Assembly (NCBI GenBank): GCA_965661605.1
Contig: CBFIEH010000023.1
Coordinates: 1 to 24,000, forward strand
Reading direction: 5' to 3'
Origin: Flavobacteriales bacterium
GTDB taxonomy: Bacteria; Bacteroidota; Bacteroidia; Flavobacteriales; ECT2AJA-044
DNA: 24,000 bases
Below the pieces are notes generated by a model. That model did not search any database. It was not told the DNA's origin and saw nothing but the letters and a program-made list of their open reading frames with translations. Below are positions 14,510-22,776 of this stretch, one piece after another (within the stretch, counting starts at the first letter, position 1; each line of letters begins with the position of its first letter). The translations under genes were made by a program, and so were the position numbers.

Positions 14510-17113
14510 TTAATCGCGGAACAAGTGGATGAAGCCGGTAATTTCACGGACCTCGAGCCCTGTAAGTCGCACTTCATTCACACGAACTAGGTAATAATAT
14601 ATGCCTTCGGGAACATCCTCACCGGTCTGATAGTTCGTGCCGTCCCAGTTGATGTCCACATCCGTTGTCTGGTATACGATGGTTCCCCAGCGGTTGTAAA
14701 TGGTCGCCTCAACCCCTTCAACATACTTATTGCTGATGGGTACAACGAGGTCGTTCTCCATATCGCCGTTAGGCGTGAAGACGTTCGGAAGCTCATATTC
14801 CGGGCAGTTATCTACACAAACCACGTTGGAGAAGTCGCTCACGTTCTGGAATGAATCCACTGCTAAGACGGCATAGCAGCCTGCAATGCTCATCAAATCG
14901 TTGTGCGTGAAGGACGAATCGGAAGGATCGGTGATCACGGTCAAAAGCTCGAACTCTCCTCCCTCAATAGGCGTGTAATACACCTCGTATTCAATGGCGT
15001 CTATCGCGCACTCATCATCCGGGAATCCCCAATTGAGTTGGTTAAAGTTCTCCTCACAGTTCTTTTCCACACGTAAGATTGGCGGACAAGGAGGAGTGGT
15101 ATCATTCGGTGCTCCGCAGGTCTCCTGACTCAAGTTGATCAGGGGCGCGGGCAATCCGGAGCCTGAGTACGCTCCTCGGGTTTCCACATAATAGCAATAG
15201 GTCCGGTTGTTTTCCAGCCCACCGTCCAAGTAATTATTGGTAGAGCTCACGCCCACGGAATCGTAGGTAGTGGCACCAGGATCCTGACGGTAAATGACAT
15301 ACTCCGCATTGATCCAAGGCACATTGACCGACCAATTGACAATCATGGCTTGATCTGTCGGAACCAGACTAATAAATACGCTCGATGCTGGATCGGACTG
15401 GGAAATCGGCTCCAAGATTCCTCCATTGTTCTGGAAGAAGTCGATCCGATAGCGATAGCCATTATCTACTGTATTGATTCCCGCATCCACATAGAAGGTG
15501 TCATTGATTCCATTGAGGGTGGCTAACTCCGTGTAGTTGGTTCCATTTGCGCCTACGGCGCGATTTACCCGATAAGCATATGGCCCTGGATAAAGCACGC
15601 TGTCAAACTCGATCGGTTTTACCCAGCGAACTTCTATCTCACCATTTGCCGCATCCGTGTTGTTGACCGTGACATTGGTAATGAGCGGTTGATCGCGCAA
15701 AAGCTCCGCACACACCTCCACCGAAGCATAACTTTCTGCACCATCCGGATACTTGGCAACAATCATGTAGCAATAGGTATTCCCTTTGGTCAAGTCCGCA
15801 CCTCCATTATCGTCAAAGTAGCTCGTGGCATTCAAGCCGTTTGTGGAACCGATTAGCTGATATCCCGTATACGCGGGAACCCCGGTCTCGCACTCATCTG
15901 GCACAAAGCCAAAGAATTGGTTCTTGCGGTACACATCGTAGCCTATCGCCTGGGTACACGCTGATGCGTCCCACGAAACATCCATGGCATTCCCGGCGGG
16001 AATAGCCTGAGGGTTCTGTGGCGCAGGTCCCACGACGGTAATGTTCATGGTTTCCTGATCCACAAGGGAAGGGAATACTCCGATATCTTCAGCCCGGAAG
16101 ACTACTTGCCACGGTTGCTTACGCACGTGCAAGCAGCTCGTTTGCCATCCGAAAATTCCAGTCACCTGTCCTTGCCCTTGTAAGTTCGGTGGGAAAAAGG
16201 CCGGGTCATCGACCTCAAATGGTCCACCAAAGGCCATCAAGGACACCCCATCCGCGTCGGGGTCAATCGCCACAACGGGGAAGAAGATGGAGTCCCCAGC
16301 TTCGACACAACGATCATCCAAAGGCTGAATTTCTGGTGGATTGTTGTTGCATCCGGCGATGTCGATTTGCATGTCCCGCACCATCCGCCCCACAATGGAC
16401 CAATTGCCATTATCGTCCTGTCGATGCTCCGTAATTTCAATAGCTATGTTGTATTCCCCTGCTTGGATGGGCGAATCCCAAAGGAATTCACCAGAAACAG
16501 GGTCAATGGTGATGCTGCTGCTCGCCGCAGGTAAGGTCCAAAGAGGAATAGGAGCGCCGTTTGCCCCTGCACAAGGAATCAAAGCATAACTCAAGCTGTC
16601 ACCGTCGATATCGAAGGCCGTTGGGTTGTGAATGAAGGGTACATTCACACATCCGTTGTCAATCGGTGGATACAACAAGTCAGGGGAGTTATTGAATCCA
16701 AGGTTGGGGTTAACCGCTAGGGTTGTGCTGATAGCAAAGGGAATCTGAACAGAATTCGGGATGTTGACCACATTCGCGTTCCGGTTCGGATCTTCCATCG
16801 TCACCGTGTAGGTACCCGGTGCAGGATACAGGTGACGGCCGATATAAATATTGCGCTTGATGTCGTTCCCAATGGGCTGACCATTTCCACCACCATTACT
16901 ACGCGTCAGCGTATCACTGGTACCATCACCCCAAAAAACAACCAGTTCAGGGCGATCCGCCGGAGCAGAGTCCTTAGTGTAGGTGACCAAAACGAACTCG
17001 TATTCCAACCCATTTAAGTGCTTGTAGGTGATCTCACCAGCTCTATTGTGCGTTGCGAACACGACAGTGCTCGACCACAACAAAAGGGCGACAAAGGAGA
17101 TCCACTTTTTCAT
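14510..17113 (-). CDS. T9SS type-B C-terminal sorting domain protein, adhesin-like (HNRAGEITY N-domain, two cadherin-like DxDxD segments, four Fn3-like repeats)
   Basis: 867 aa. Signal peptide MKKWISFVALLLWSSTVVFA, then THNRAGEITYKH. Cadherin-like Ca-binding motifs are AFDIDGDSLSYAL and VAIDPDADGVSL. Four tandem W...Y.(V/I)YR...Y.Y.V modules occupy aa ~362-768 (DNA ~14810-16030). The C-terminal 93 aa (14513-14791) read LPNVFTPNGDMENDL...ATIYNRWGTIVYQ...GIYYYLVRV...ITGFIHLFR, a type-B T9SS CTD. Confidence 0.85.
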   Translation of the reverse strand: MKKWISFVALLLWSSTVVFATHNRAGEITYKHLNGLEYEFVLVTYTKDSAPADRPELVVFWGDGTSDTLTRSNGGGNGQPIGNDIKRNIYIGRHLYPAPGTYTVTMEDPNRNANVVNIPNSVQIPFAISTTLAVNPNLGFNNSPDLLYPPIDNGCVNVPFIHNPTAFDIDGDSLSYALIPCAGANGAPIPLWTLPAASSSITIDPVSGEFLWDSPIQAGEYNIAIEITEHRQDDNGNWSIVGRMVRDMQIDIAGCNNNPPEIQPLDDRCVEAGDSIFFPVVAIDPDADGVSLMAFGGPFEVDDPAFFPPNLQGQGQVTGIFGWQTSCLHVRKQPWQVVFRAEDIGVFPSLVDQETMNITVVGPAPQNPQAIPAGNAMDVSWDASACTQAIGYDVYRKNQFFGFVPDECETGVPAYTGYQLIGSTNGLNATSYFDDNGGADLTKGNTYCYMIVAKYPDGAESYASVEVCAELLRDQPLITNVTVNNTDAANGEIEVRWVKPIEFDSVLYPGPYAYRVNRAVGANGTNYTELATLNGINDTFYVDAGINTVDNGYRYRIDFFQNNGGILEPISQSDPASSVFISLVPTDQAMIVNWSVNVPWINAEYVIYRQDPGATTYDSVGVSSTNNYLDGGLENNRTYCYYVETRGAYSGSGLPAPLINLSQETCGAPNDTTPPCPPILRVEKNCEENFNQLNWGFPDDECAIDAIEYEVYYTPIEGGEFELLTVITDPSDSSFTHNDLMSIAGCYAVLAVDSFQNVSDFSNVVCVDNCPEYELPNVFTPNGDMENDLVVPISNKYVEGVEATIYNRWGTIVYQTTDVDINWDGTNYQTGEDVPEGIYYYLVRVNEVRLTGLEVREITGFIHLFRD

Positions 17114-17133
17114 GTGTTCGGGTTGGTACTTAG

Positions 17134-17154
17134 TAAAACCGACTTTAAGGTCGG
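17134..17154 (-). terminator. Weak hairpin plus T-run after the radical SAM gene (possible terminator)
   Basis: On the minus strand, CCGAC (17154-17150) and GTCGG (17143-17139) form a 5-bp stem with a 6-nt loop, followed by TTTTA. The stem is short, so this is only suggestive. Confidence 0.25.
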
Positions 17155-17160
17155 AATATT

Positions 17161-18285
17161 TTAATAATCAATGACTTGTTGCATCATTTGTTCAGGAAGC
17201 TCTCGATACTCGTATTCCTGATTTCTCAATTGGGGCTCAAAGCCAGCTTCAAGGATGGCTCGCTGAATTCCCTCCGAGGTGAATCGGTGTGGGGCTCCCG
17301 CGGCAGACACCACGTTCTCTTCGATCATGATGGAACCAAAATCATTAGCTCCAGCATGCAAGCACATTTGCGCAACCTGCTCACCAACGGTGAGCCATGA
17401 GGCTTGAATGTTCTGGACATTCGGCAACATAATCCGGCTGATGGCAATGGTTCTGACATACTCATCATCGGTCACCGAATTTCGCACACCTCGAATTTTG
17501 CGCAAGAGCGTACCATCGTCTTGGAACGGCCATGGAATGAAGGCAATGAAGCCTTTGGCATGTTCAGGCTTTTCGCTCTGAACTTCACGCAACCAAACCA
17601 AGTGCTCAAATCGTTCTTCAACCGTTTCGATGTGTCCAAACATCATGGTGGCTGAAGAAGTGATATCCAACTGGTGTGCGGCGCGCATCACGTCCAGCCA
17701 TTCCTGTCCACCGCACTTCCCTCTCGAAATCAATCGGCGAACGCGATCGTTCAAGATTTCCGCACCAGCTCCTGGAAGACTATTCAACCCCGCCTCCTTG
17801 AGCTTCTCTAATACATACGTATGAGAGGCCCCTTCCAGTTTGGCAATATGCGCAATTTCGGGTGGCCCCAAAGCGTGAAGCTTGAGGTTTGGGAACATTT
17901 CTTTTAGATCGCGAAAGAGTTGACTGTAATAGTCCAAACCTAAATCTGGGTGATGACCGCCTTGCAAAAGCAACTGTTCCCCACCATAATCAAAGGTCTC
18001 TTGAATCTTTCGCTTGTAGGTTTCTAAGTCCGTGATGTACTGTTCCGGGTGCCCAGGGGGTCTAAAGAAGTTGCAAAACTTGCAGTTGGCAATACACACG
18101 TTCGTGGTATTGGTGTTGCGATCGATAATCCACGTCACTTTTCCACTGGGAACCGATTCTTTCCGCAGCTCGTTTGCCACGAACATCAACTCCGGCGTCG
18201 ATACCTTTTCAAACAACAATTGACCTTCCTCTGCACTTAGGAAATCGCGCTCCAGCGCCCGTCCCAACAACTGATCTGTATTCAT
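17161..18285 (-). CDS. Radical SAM enzyme of the MqnC/MqnE (CofH/ThiH-like) family, futalosine-pathway menaquinone biosynthesis
   Basis: 374 aa. The radical SAM cluster motif is NVCIANCKFCNF (CxxxCxxC). Family-typical blocks are LLLQGGHHPDLGLDYY, LHALGPPEIAHIAK, SLPGAGAEIL, ATMMFGHIET, FIAFIPWPFQ and ASWLTVGEQVAQMCLHAGANDFGSIMIEENVVSAAGA. By eye I cannot tell cyclic dehypoxanthinyl-futalosine synthase (MqnC) from aminofutalosine synthase (MqnE). Confidence 0.75.
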   Translation of the reverse strand: MNTDQLLGRALERDFLSAEEGQLLFEKVSTPELMFVANELRKESVPSGKVTWIIDRNTNTTNVCIANCKFCNFFRPPGHPEQYITDLETYKRKIQETFDYGGEQLLLQGGHHPDLGLDYYSQLFRDLKEMFPNLKLHALGPPEIAHIAKLEGASHTYVLEKLKEAGLNSLPGAGAEILNDRVRRLISRGKCGGQEWLDVMRAAHQLDITSSATMMFGHIETVEERFEHLVWLREVQSEKPEHAKGFIAFIPWPFQDDGTLLRKIRGVRNSVTDDEYVRTIAISRIMLPNVQNIQASWLTVGEQVAQMCLHAGANDFGSIMIEENVVSAAGAPHRFTSEGIQRAILEAGFEPQLRNQEYEYRELPEQMMQQVIDY

Positions 18286-18295
18286 TGAATTTACC

Positions 18296-18303
18296 TACTT
18301 TAG
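18296..18303 (+). promoter_or_regulatory. Candidate -7 box (TACTTTAG) for pepA
   Basis: One mismatch to TAnnTTTG, 21 nt before ATG 18325. Confidence 0.3.
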
Positions 18304-18309
18304 CTTAGA

Positions 18310-18317
18310 TAAAACTA
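18310..18317 (-). promoter_or_regulatory. Candidate -7 box (TAGTTTTA) for the MqnC/E-family gene
   Basis: The minus strand reads TAGTTTTA, one mismatch to TAnnTTTG, 24 nt before ATG 18285. Confidence 0.25.
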
Positions 18318-18324
18318 CAAAGAA

Positions 18325-19773
18325 ATGAGGACTTTTGTTCGCAGGAAAGCCACGCTGGATGCGGGAGATGACGCGATTCTCTTATTCGATCACGCCGCCC
18401 AATTGGAGTATTACATTCCGGAGCAAAAAGACCGGGATCATATTGAGCAAACGACCGGTACTTCTGGCAAGAAATACCTGGTCCTCGACAGAACCGTTCA
18501 CGTCCACTTTCCCGCACGCGCTGTCGGCAAAGACGAGCGATCTGCAACGCTGGAAGCATGGCGCTGTCTAGGTGATGAGCTTCAAGAAGAGCTCAATCGT
18601 CAAAAGGCTAAAAACATCACCTTGGTCGACCTCACCGAAGACCAGGAAGCAGGATTATACGTCCTCGAAGGACTCGTATTGGGGAATTACCGCTTTACCA
18701 AGTACTTCACCAATCCCGACCGCAAGCGCTCGCTCACTGAATACTCGGTCATCTCTCGATGTTCAGACGAACAACTGGACCACCTAAATGCCGTACTGGA
18801 CGGAACATTGAGGGCACGAGACCTCAGCAATGAACCGCTATCTACCCTCACGGCTCCGCGATACGCCGAGATCATGAAGGAGTGGGGAGATGAACTGGGC
18901 ATCAAGGTTACGGTACTCGAGAAAAAACAAATTGAGTCCCTCAAAATGGGTGGACTTTTAGCGGTGAACCGAGGGAGTATGGACCCCCCGACCTTCACCA
19001 TCATGGAATGGTCGCCTGGGGACGCGGTGAATGAGCAGCCCGTTATCCTAGTAGGGAAAGGTGTTGTCTATGATACTGGAGGTCTTTCGCTGAAGCCAAC
19101 GGCGAACAGCATGGACTTCATGAAGGTCGATATGGCTGGCTCTGCGGCCGTAGTGGGCGCCATGGTTGCCGTTGCCGAAACCAAGTTGCCAATTAAGGTG
19201 ATCGGTCTTATCCCCGCAACCGACAACCGACCAGGTCAAAACGCCTATGCTCCGGGGGATGTCATCAAAATGTTTGACGGAAGCACAGTCGAAGTACTGA
19301 ATACGGATGCCGAAGGGCGCATGATCATGGCGGACGCCTTGGCCTATGCGAAAAAATTTGATCCCGAACTCGTCATTGATCTCGCCACGCTTACTGGCTC
19401 GGCGGCTATGGCCATTGGCAAATACGGTATTGTCGCCATGGGTAACGCGGACGACGAAGTGTGGAATGAATTGCACACAGCGGCCAACACCGTACATGAA
19501 CGCCTTGCCGTTTTCCCTTTTTGGCCGGAGTACAGAGATCTATTGGACAGTGATATTGCCGACTTAAAGAATATCGGTGGCCCCGAAGGCGGAGCCATCA
19601 CAGCCGGAAAATTCCTAGAACACTTTACAGACTATCCGTACGTCCACTTTGACATCGCCGGACCTTCTTGGCTCAAGAAAAAGGACAAGTACCGCACCAA
19701 GAATGCTACTGGAGTTGGAGTAAGATTGCTTTTCGAATACTTCTTGCAACGCACCCGCTACAATGAGCGCTAA
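18325..19773 (+). CDS. pepA: Leucyl aminopeptidase (peptidase M17)
   Basis: 482 aa. M17 catalytic-domain motifs are VGKGVVYDTGGLSLKP, MKVDMAGSAAV, the signature NTDAEGRMIMADAL, and DLATLTGS. Confidence 0.9.
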   Translation: MRTFVRRKATLDAGDDAILLFDHAAQLEYYIPEQKDRDHIEQTTGTSGKKYLVLDRTVHVHFPARAVGKDERSATLEAWRCLGDELQEELNRQKAKNITLVDLTEDQEAGLYVLEGLVLGNYRFTKYFTNPDRKRSLTEYSVISRCSDEQLDHLNAVLDGTLRARDLSNEPLSTLTAPRYAEIMKEWGDELGIKVTVLEKKQIESLKMGGLLAVNRGSMDPPTFTIMEWSPGDAVNEQPVILVGKGVVYDTGGLSLKPTANSMDFMKVDMAGSAAVVGAMVAVAETKLPIKVIGLIPATDNRPGQNAYAPGDVIKMFDGSTVEVLNTDAEGRMIMADALAYAKKFDPELVIDLATLTGSAAMAIGKYGIVAMGNADDEVWNELHTAANTVHERLAVFPFWPEYRDLLDSDIADLKNIGGPEGGAITAGKFLEHFTDYPYVHFDIAGPSWLKKKDKYRTKNATGVGVRLLFEYFLQRTRYNER

Positions 19774-20824
19774 CCCAAGTAGCCATAGAATCCGCGTCGG
19801 AATATCGGTCGGAGACCTCAATGGAGTCGGCATGGAAGTCGTGCTCAAGACCTTAAGCGACAAGCGCATCAATGAACTGATGACCCCTGTTATTTTCGGA
19901 TCTTCTTCCGTCCTTTCCTTTTACCGAAAACAACTCGACCTCAAAGAATTGCCTGTTCGGGTCATCAAGGACTGGAACGAAATCAAAAACGACCAGGCGA
20001 ATTTGTACGATTGTATTTCCGATCAGCCAAAAATTGAGCCCGGACAATCCACTCCTCAAGGGGGACAATATGCTTTAAAGAGTCTCCGCGCTGCTGCAGA
20101 CGCTTTGGAAGCAGGTCACGTTCAGGCCTTGGTGACGGCGCCGATTGACAAGCACAACATTCAGTCCGACGATTTTAAGTTTCCCGGACATACGGAGTTC
20201 TTAGGACAGAAATTTGGCGGCGGCCAAAGCCTGATGATCCTGTGCCGCGAAGAATTTCGCGTGGCCCTAGTCACCGGACATATTCCCTTGAGCCAGGTCG
20301 AATCTCAGATCACCTCGCAATCCATTGGCGCCAAGCTCCGCTTGTTTGAGCAGAGCCTACGGCTCGATTTTGAAATCCGCAAACCTCGCATTGCCGTCTT
20401 AGGGTTGAACCCTCATGCCGGCGATCAAGGACTCATCGGTGATGCCGAGTCTAAAATCATTGAACCAACCATACGAAAGCATTTCGATGAAGGTATAATG
20501 GTATATGGGCCTTATGCCGCGGATGGGTTTTTTGGAGCGCAAAAGCACCTGGAATTCGACGGCATTCTAGCCATGTATCACGATCAGGGATTGATCCCGT
20601 TTAAAGCGCTAAACTTTGGTGGCGGAATTAACTTCACTGCTGGATTACCCGTGGTTCGAACATCTCCCGACCACGGAACGGCCTATGACATTGCCGGGAA
20701 AGGAATCGCCAATGAAGAATCGTTCCGCGAAGCCCTTTATTTGGCCAAGGATGTTTATGTCCGTCGCCAGAGGCATGCAGAAGCGGCTAAAAATCCGCTA
20801 ATCAAGCAAGAAGAGTCCAAATAG
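19763..20824 (+). CDS. pdxA: 4-hydroxythreonine-4-phosphate dehydrogenase
   Basis: 353 aa. Motifs: RVGISVGDLNGVGMEV, ALVTAPIDK, FPGHTEFL, VLGLNPHAGD, AMYHDQGLIPFK, VRTSPDHGTAYDIAGKG. The start overlaps the pepA 3' end by 11 nt. Confidence 0.92.
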   Translation: MSANPSSHRIRVGISVGDLNGVGMEVVLKTLSDKRINELMTPVIFGSSSVLSFYRKQLDLKELPVRVIKDWNEIKNDQANLYDCISDQPKIEPGQSTPQGGQYALKSLRAAADALEAGHVQALVTAPIDKHNIQSDDFKFPGHTEFLGQKFGGGQSLMILCREEFRVALVTGHIPLSQVESQITSQSIGAKLRLFEQSLRLDFEIRKPRIAVLGLNPHAGDQGLIGDAESKIIEPTIRKHFDEGIMVYGPYAADGFFGAQKHLEFDGILAMYHDQGLIPFKALNFGGGINFTAGLPVVRTSPDHGTAYDIAGKGIANEESFREALYLAKDVYVRRQRHAEAAKNPLIKQEESK

Positions 20825-20848
20825 GATTCGGTTTTTCCATTCTTTTAT

Positions 20849-20856
20849 TATCTTTG
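20849..20856 (+). promoter_or_regulatory. Candidate -7 box (TATCTTTG) for DUF177-rpmF
   Basis: Exact TAnnTTTG match, 24 nt before ATG 20881. A TTCG (20827-20830) lies 18 nt upstream where the -33 TTTG element would be expected. Confidence 0.4.
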
Positions 20857-20880
20857 CAGGCCCATTGAAATCGCGATGCT

Positions 20881-21417
20881 ATGAAGGATTTGAAGGAGTT
20901 CAGCATCCCATTCACGGGATTGTCGCTTGGAAAGCATCAATTCGATTTCCATGTTGGGGATGAGTTCTTTGGTTTTTTTGGACCGCTGGAGTATCGAAAT
21001 TTTGACATCCAGGTGGACATGGAAATGGATAAAAGCGAGCGTATGCTTGAGCTGGCGTTCACTTTCAAAGGTTCCGTTGAGTTGCGCTGCGACCTGACGG
21101 ATGAACCCTTTAACCACCCTTTTGACGAGCACGTCGATTGGATCGTGAAATTCGGACCTGAGTTCAACAATGATGACGAAGAAGTATTGGTGCTGCCTTA
21201 TGAAGCCGTAGAGGTGGATGTAGCACCATTTATTCGAGACATCATTTCCCTGGCCATACCCATGAAAAAGGTGCACCCGGGAGTTGAAAATGGTACTTTG
21301 GAATCGGAGATTTTGGATCGCTTGGATGAACTGAGTCCCGAAATTAAAGAGGAAAAAAAAGAAGGGGAAGCAACCGATCCCCGGTGGGACAAACTAAAGG
21401 ATTTATTGAACGATTGA
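20881..21417 (+). CDS. DUF177 / YceD-family protein (ribosome-associated, precedes rpmF)
   Basis: 178 aa in the conserved position directly upstream of rpmF. It has an acidic C-terminal region ending in DPRWDKLKDLL, typical of the YceD family. Confidence 0.85.
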   Translation: MKDLKEFSIPFTGLSLGKHQFDFHVGDEFFGFFGPLEYRNFDIQVDMEMDKSERMLELAFTFKGSVELRCDLTDEPFNHPFDEHVDWIVKFGPEFNNDDEEVLVLPYEAVEVDVAPFIRDIISLAIPMKKVHPGVENGTLESEILDRLDELSPEIKEEKKEGEATDPRWDKLKDLLND

Positions 21418-21440
21418 GCAACGAACGTAAATAGATAAAA

Positions 21441-21629
21441 ATGGCACATCCAAAGCGCAAACAGTCGAAGACCCGTCGCGATAAGCGTCGTACGCATTAC
21501 ACGGCTACGGCACCTACAATTGCAACTTGTCCGACCACAGGAGAGCCTCACTTGTATCACCGTGCTTACTGGAGCGAAGGTAAGTTGTACTACAAGGGCA
21601 AAGTGGTGATGGAGAAAGAGGAATTGTAA
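21441..21629 (+). CDS. rpmF: 50S ribosomal protein L32
   Basis: 62 aa. The [21 protein letters not shown]-terminus is the L32 signature. It has only one Cys, so it is a non-zinc-ribbon form. Confidence 0.93.
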   Translation: MAHPKRKQSKTRRDKRRTHYTATAPTIATCPTTGEPHLYHRAYWSEGKLYYKGKVVMEKEEL

Positions 21630-21660
21630 GCCCTCGCTCGTACGTATTGAAAACAGATTA

Positions 21661-21699
21661 AGTAGATTTGGTTCCTGGAGCCGAATCTACTTTCTTTTT
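21661..21699 (+). terminator. Rho-independent terminator after rpmF
   Basis: AGTAGATTTGG (21661-21671) pairs with CCGAATCTACT (21681-21691), giving 11 bp with one G-U, around a 9-nt loop. It is followed by TTTCTTTTT (to 21699). Confidence 0.65.
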
Positions 21700-21705
21700 A
21701 GACCG

Positions 21706-21713
21706 TACTTTAG
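21706..21713 (+). promoter_or_regulatory. Candidate -7 box (TACTTTAG) for fabH
   Basis: One mismatch to TAnnTTTG, 24 nt before ATG 21738. It lies just downstream of the rpmF terminator. Confidence 0.35.
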
Positions 21714-21737
21714 CGGCGACCTAATGAACTGAAACCT

Positions 21738-22733
21738 ATGGAAAATCTCACAGCAGCCATCACGGCCGTAGGCGGATATGTTCCTGAATACGTTCTGACG
21801 AATTCGGAACTTGAGAAGATGGTAGATACCACAGACGAGTGGATCACCACCCGCACGGGAATTAAAGAACGCCACATCCTCAAAGGCGAAGGGCTTGGAG
21901 CCAGCTACATGGCCATCAAAGCCGCTCAAGAAATCATTGACAAGAAGAATTTGGATCCGGCTGAAATCGATATGGTTTTGGTCACCACAGCCACACCTGA
22001 CATGCCCGTTGCTGCCACAGCAAACTATACAGCTTCAGAAATAGGCGCAGTCAATGCCTTTGGTTATGACCTGATGGCTGCCTGTTCAGGCTTCCTTTAT
22101 GGACTGGCTACAGGAGCAAAATTTATCGCCAGCGGTCAGTACAAGAAAGTCCTGGTAATCGGATCAGACAAGATGTCTTCGATCATCGATTACACAGATC
22201 GTACGACTTGCGTGATCTTTGGTGACGGTGCAGGAGCCGTTCTTCTGGAACCAAATGAGGAAGGACTCGGGGTTCAAGATGAAATCCTTCGTTCCGATGG
22301 TCACGGACGTCAGTTTTTAAATATCAAAGCTGGGGGGTCTATGTATCCGCCCAATGCGGATACGGTTGCTGCCCGCGAGCACTTTGTGCACCAAGAAGGA
22401 CAGCAAGTATTCAAATTCGCCGTAACCAACATGGCGGATGTCAGTGCTCAAATCATGGAGCGCAACAATCTGGTTGCTGACGACGTAGCGTGGTTGGTGC
22501 CCCACCAGGCCAATAAACGCATTATTGACGCCACAGCTCGACGCATGGGGGTTGGTCCCGAAAAGGTGATGTTAAACATCCATAAGTACGGCAATACCAC
22601 TAACGGTACACTACCGCTCTGCCTGTGCGATTACGAAAGCCAACTGAAGAAAGGGGACAACATTATTTTCGCTGCTTTTGGCGGTGGATTTACATGGGGA
22701 TCACTCTATCTGAAGTGGGCCTACGATTCTTGA
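21738..22733 (+). CDS. fabH: Beta-ketoacyl-ACP synthase III
   Basis: 331 aa. TSDEWI-like [16 protein letters not shown], the active-site Cys in [10 protein letters not shown], and the His/Asn of the triad in VPHQANKRI and [11 protein letters not shown]. Ends with FGGGFTWGS. Confidence 0.95.
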   Translation: MENLTAAITAVGGYVPEYVLTNSELEKMVDTTDEWITTRTGIKERHILKGEGLGASYMAIKAAQEIIDKKNLDPAEIDMVLVTTATPDMPVAATANYTASEIGAVNAFGYDLMAACSGFLYGLATGAKFIASGQYKKVLVIGSDKMSSIIDYTDRTTCVIFGDGAGAVLLEPNEEGLGVQDEILRSDGHGRQFLNIKAGGSMYPPNADTVAAREHFVHQEGQQVFKFAVTNMADVSAQIMERNNLVADDVAWLVPHQANKRIIDATARRMGVGPEKVMLNIHKYGNTTNGTLPLCLCDYESQLKKGDNIIFAAFGGGFTWGSLYLKWAYDS

Positions 22734-22742
22734 TATAATTGT

Positions 22743-22750
22743 TAGTTTTG
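22743..22750 (+). promoter_or_regulatory. Candidate -7 box (TAGTTTTG) for accB-accC
   Basis: Exact TAnnTTTG match, 26 nt before ATG 22777. Confidence 0.4.
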
Positions 22751-22776
22751 TTTCAATACGCTAAACCCGAATCAAT

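Noticed and set aside
19763-19773. 11-nt overlap between the pepA stop and the pdxA start
   Set aside because: Short overlaps between co-directional genes are common. The pdxA N-terminus aligns sensibly with the family (RVGISVGDLNGVGMEV about 10 aa from the start). Nothing suggests frameshifting or a fusion.
21441-21629. L32 lacks the CxxC...CxxC zinc ribbon (single Cys only)
   Set aside because: Non-zinc forms of L32 are widespread (E. coli L32 is one). With no second rpmF paralogue visible, there is no evidence for a zinc-responsive paralogue switch.
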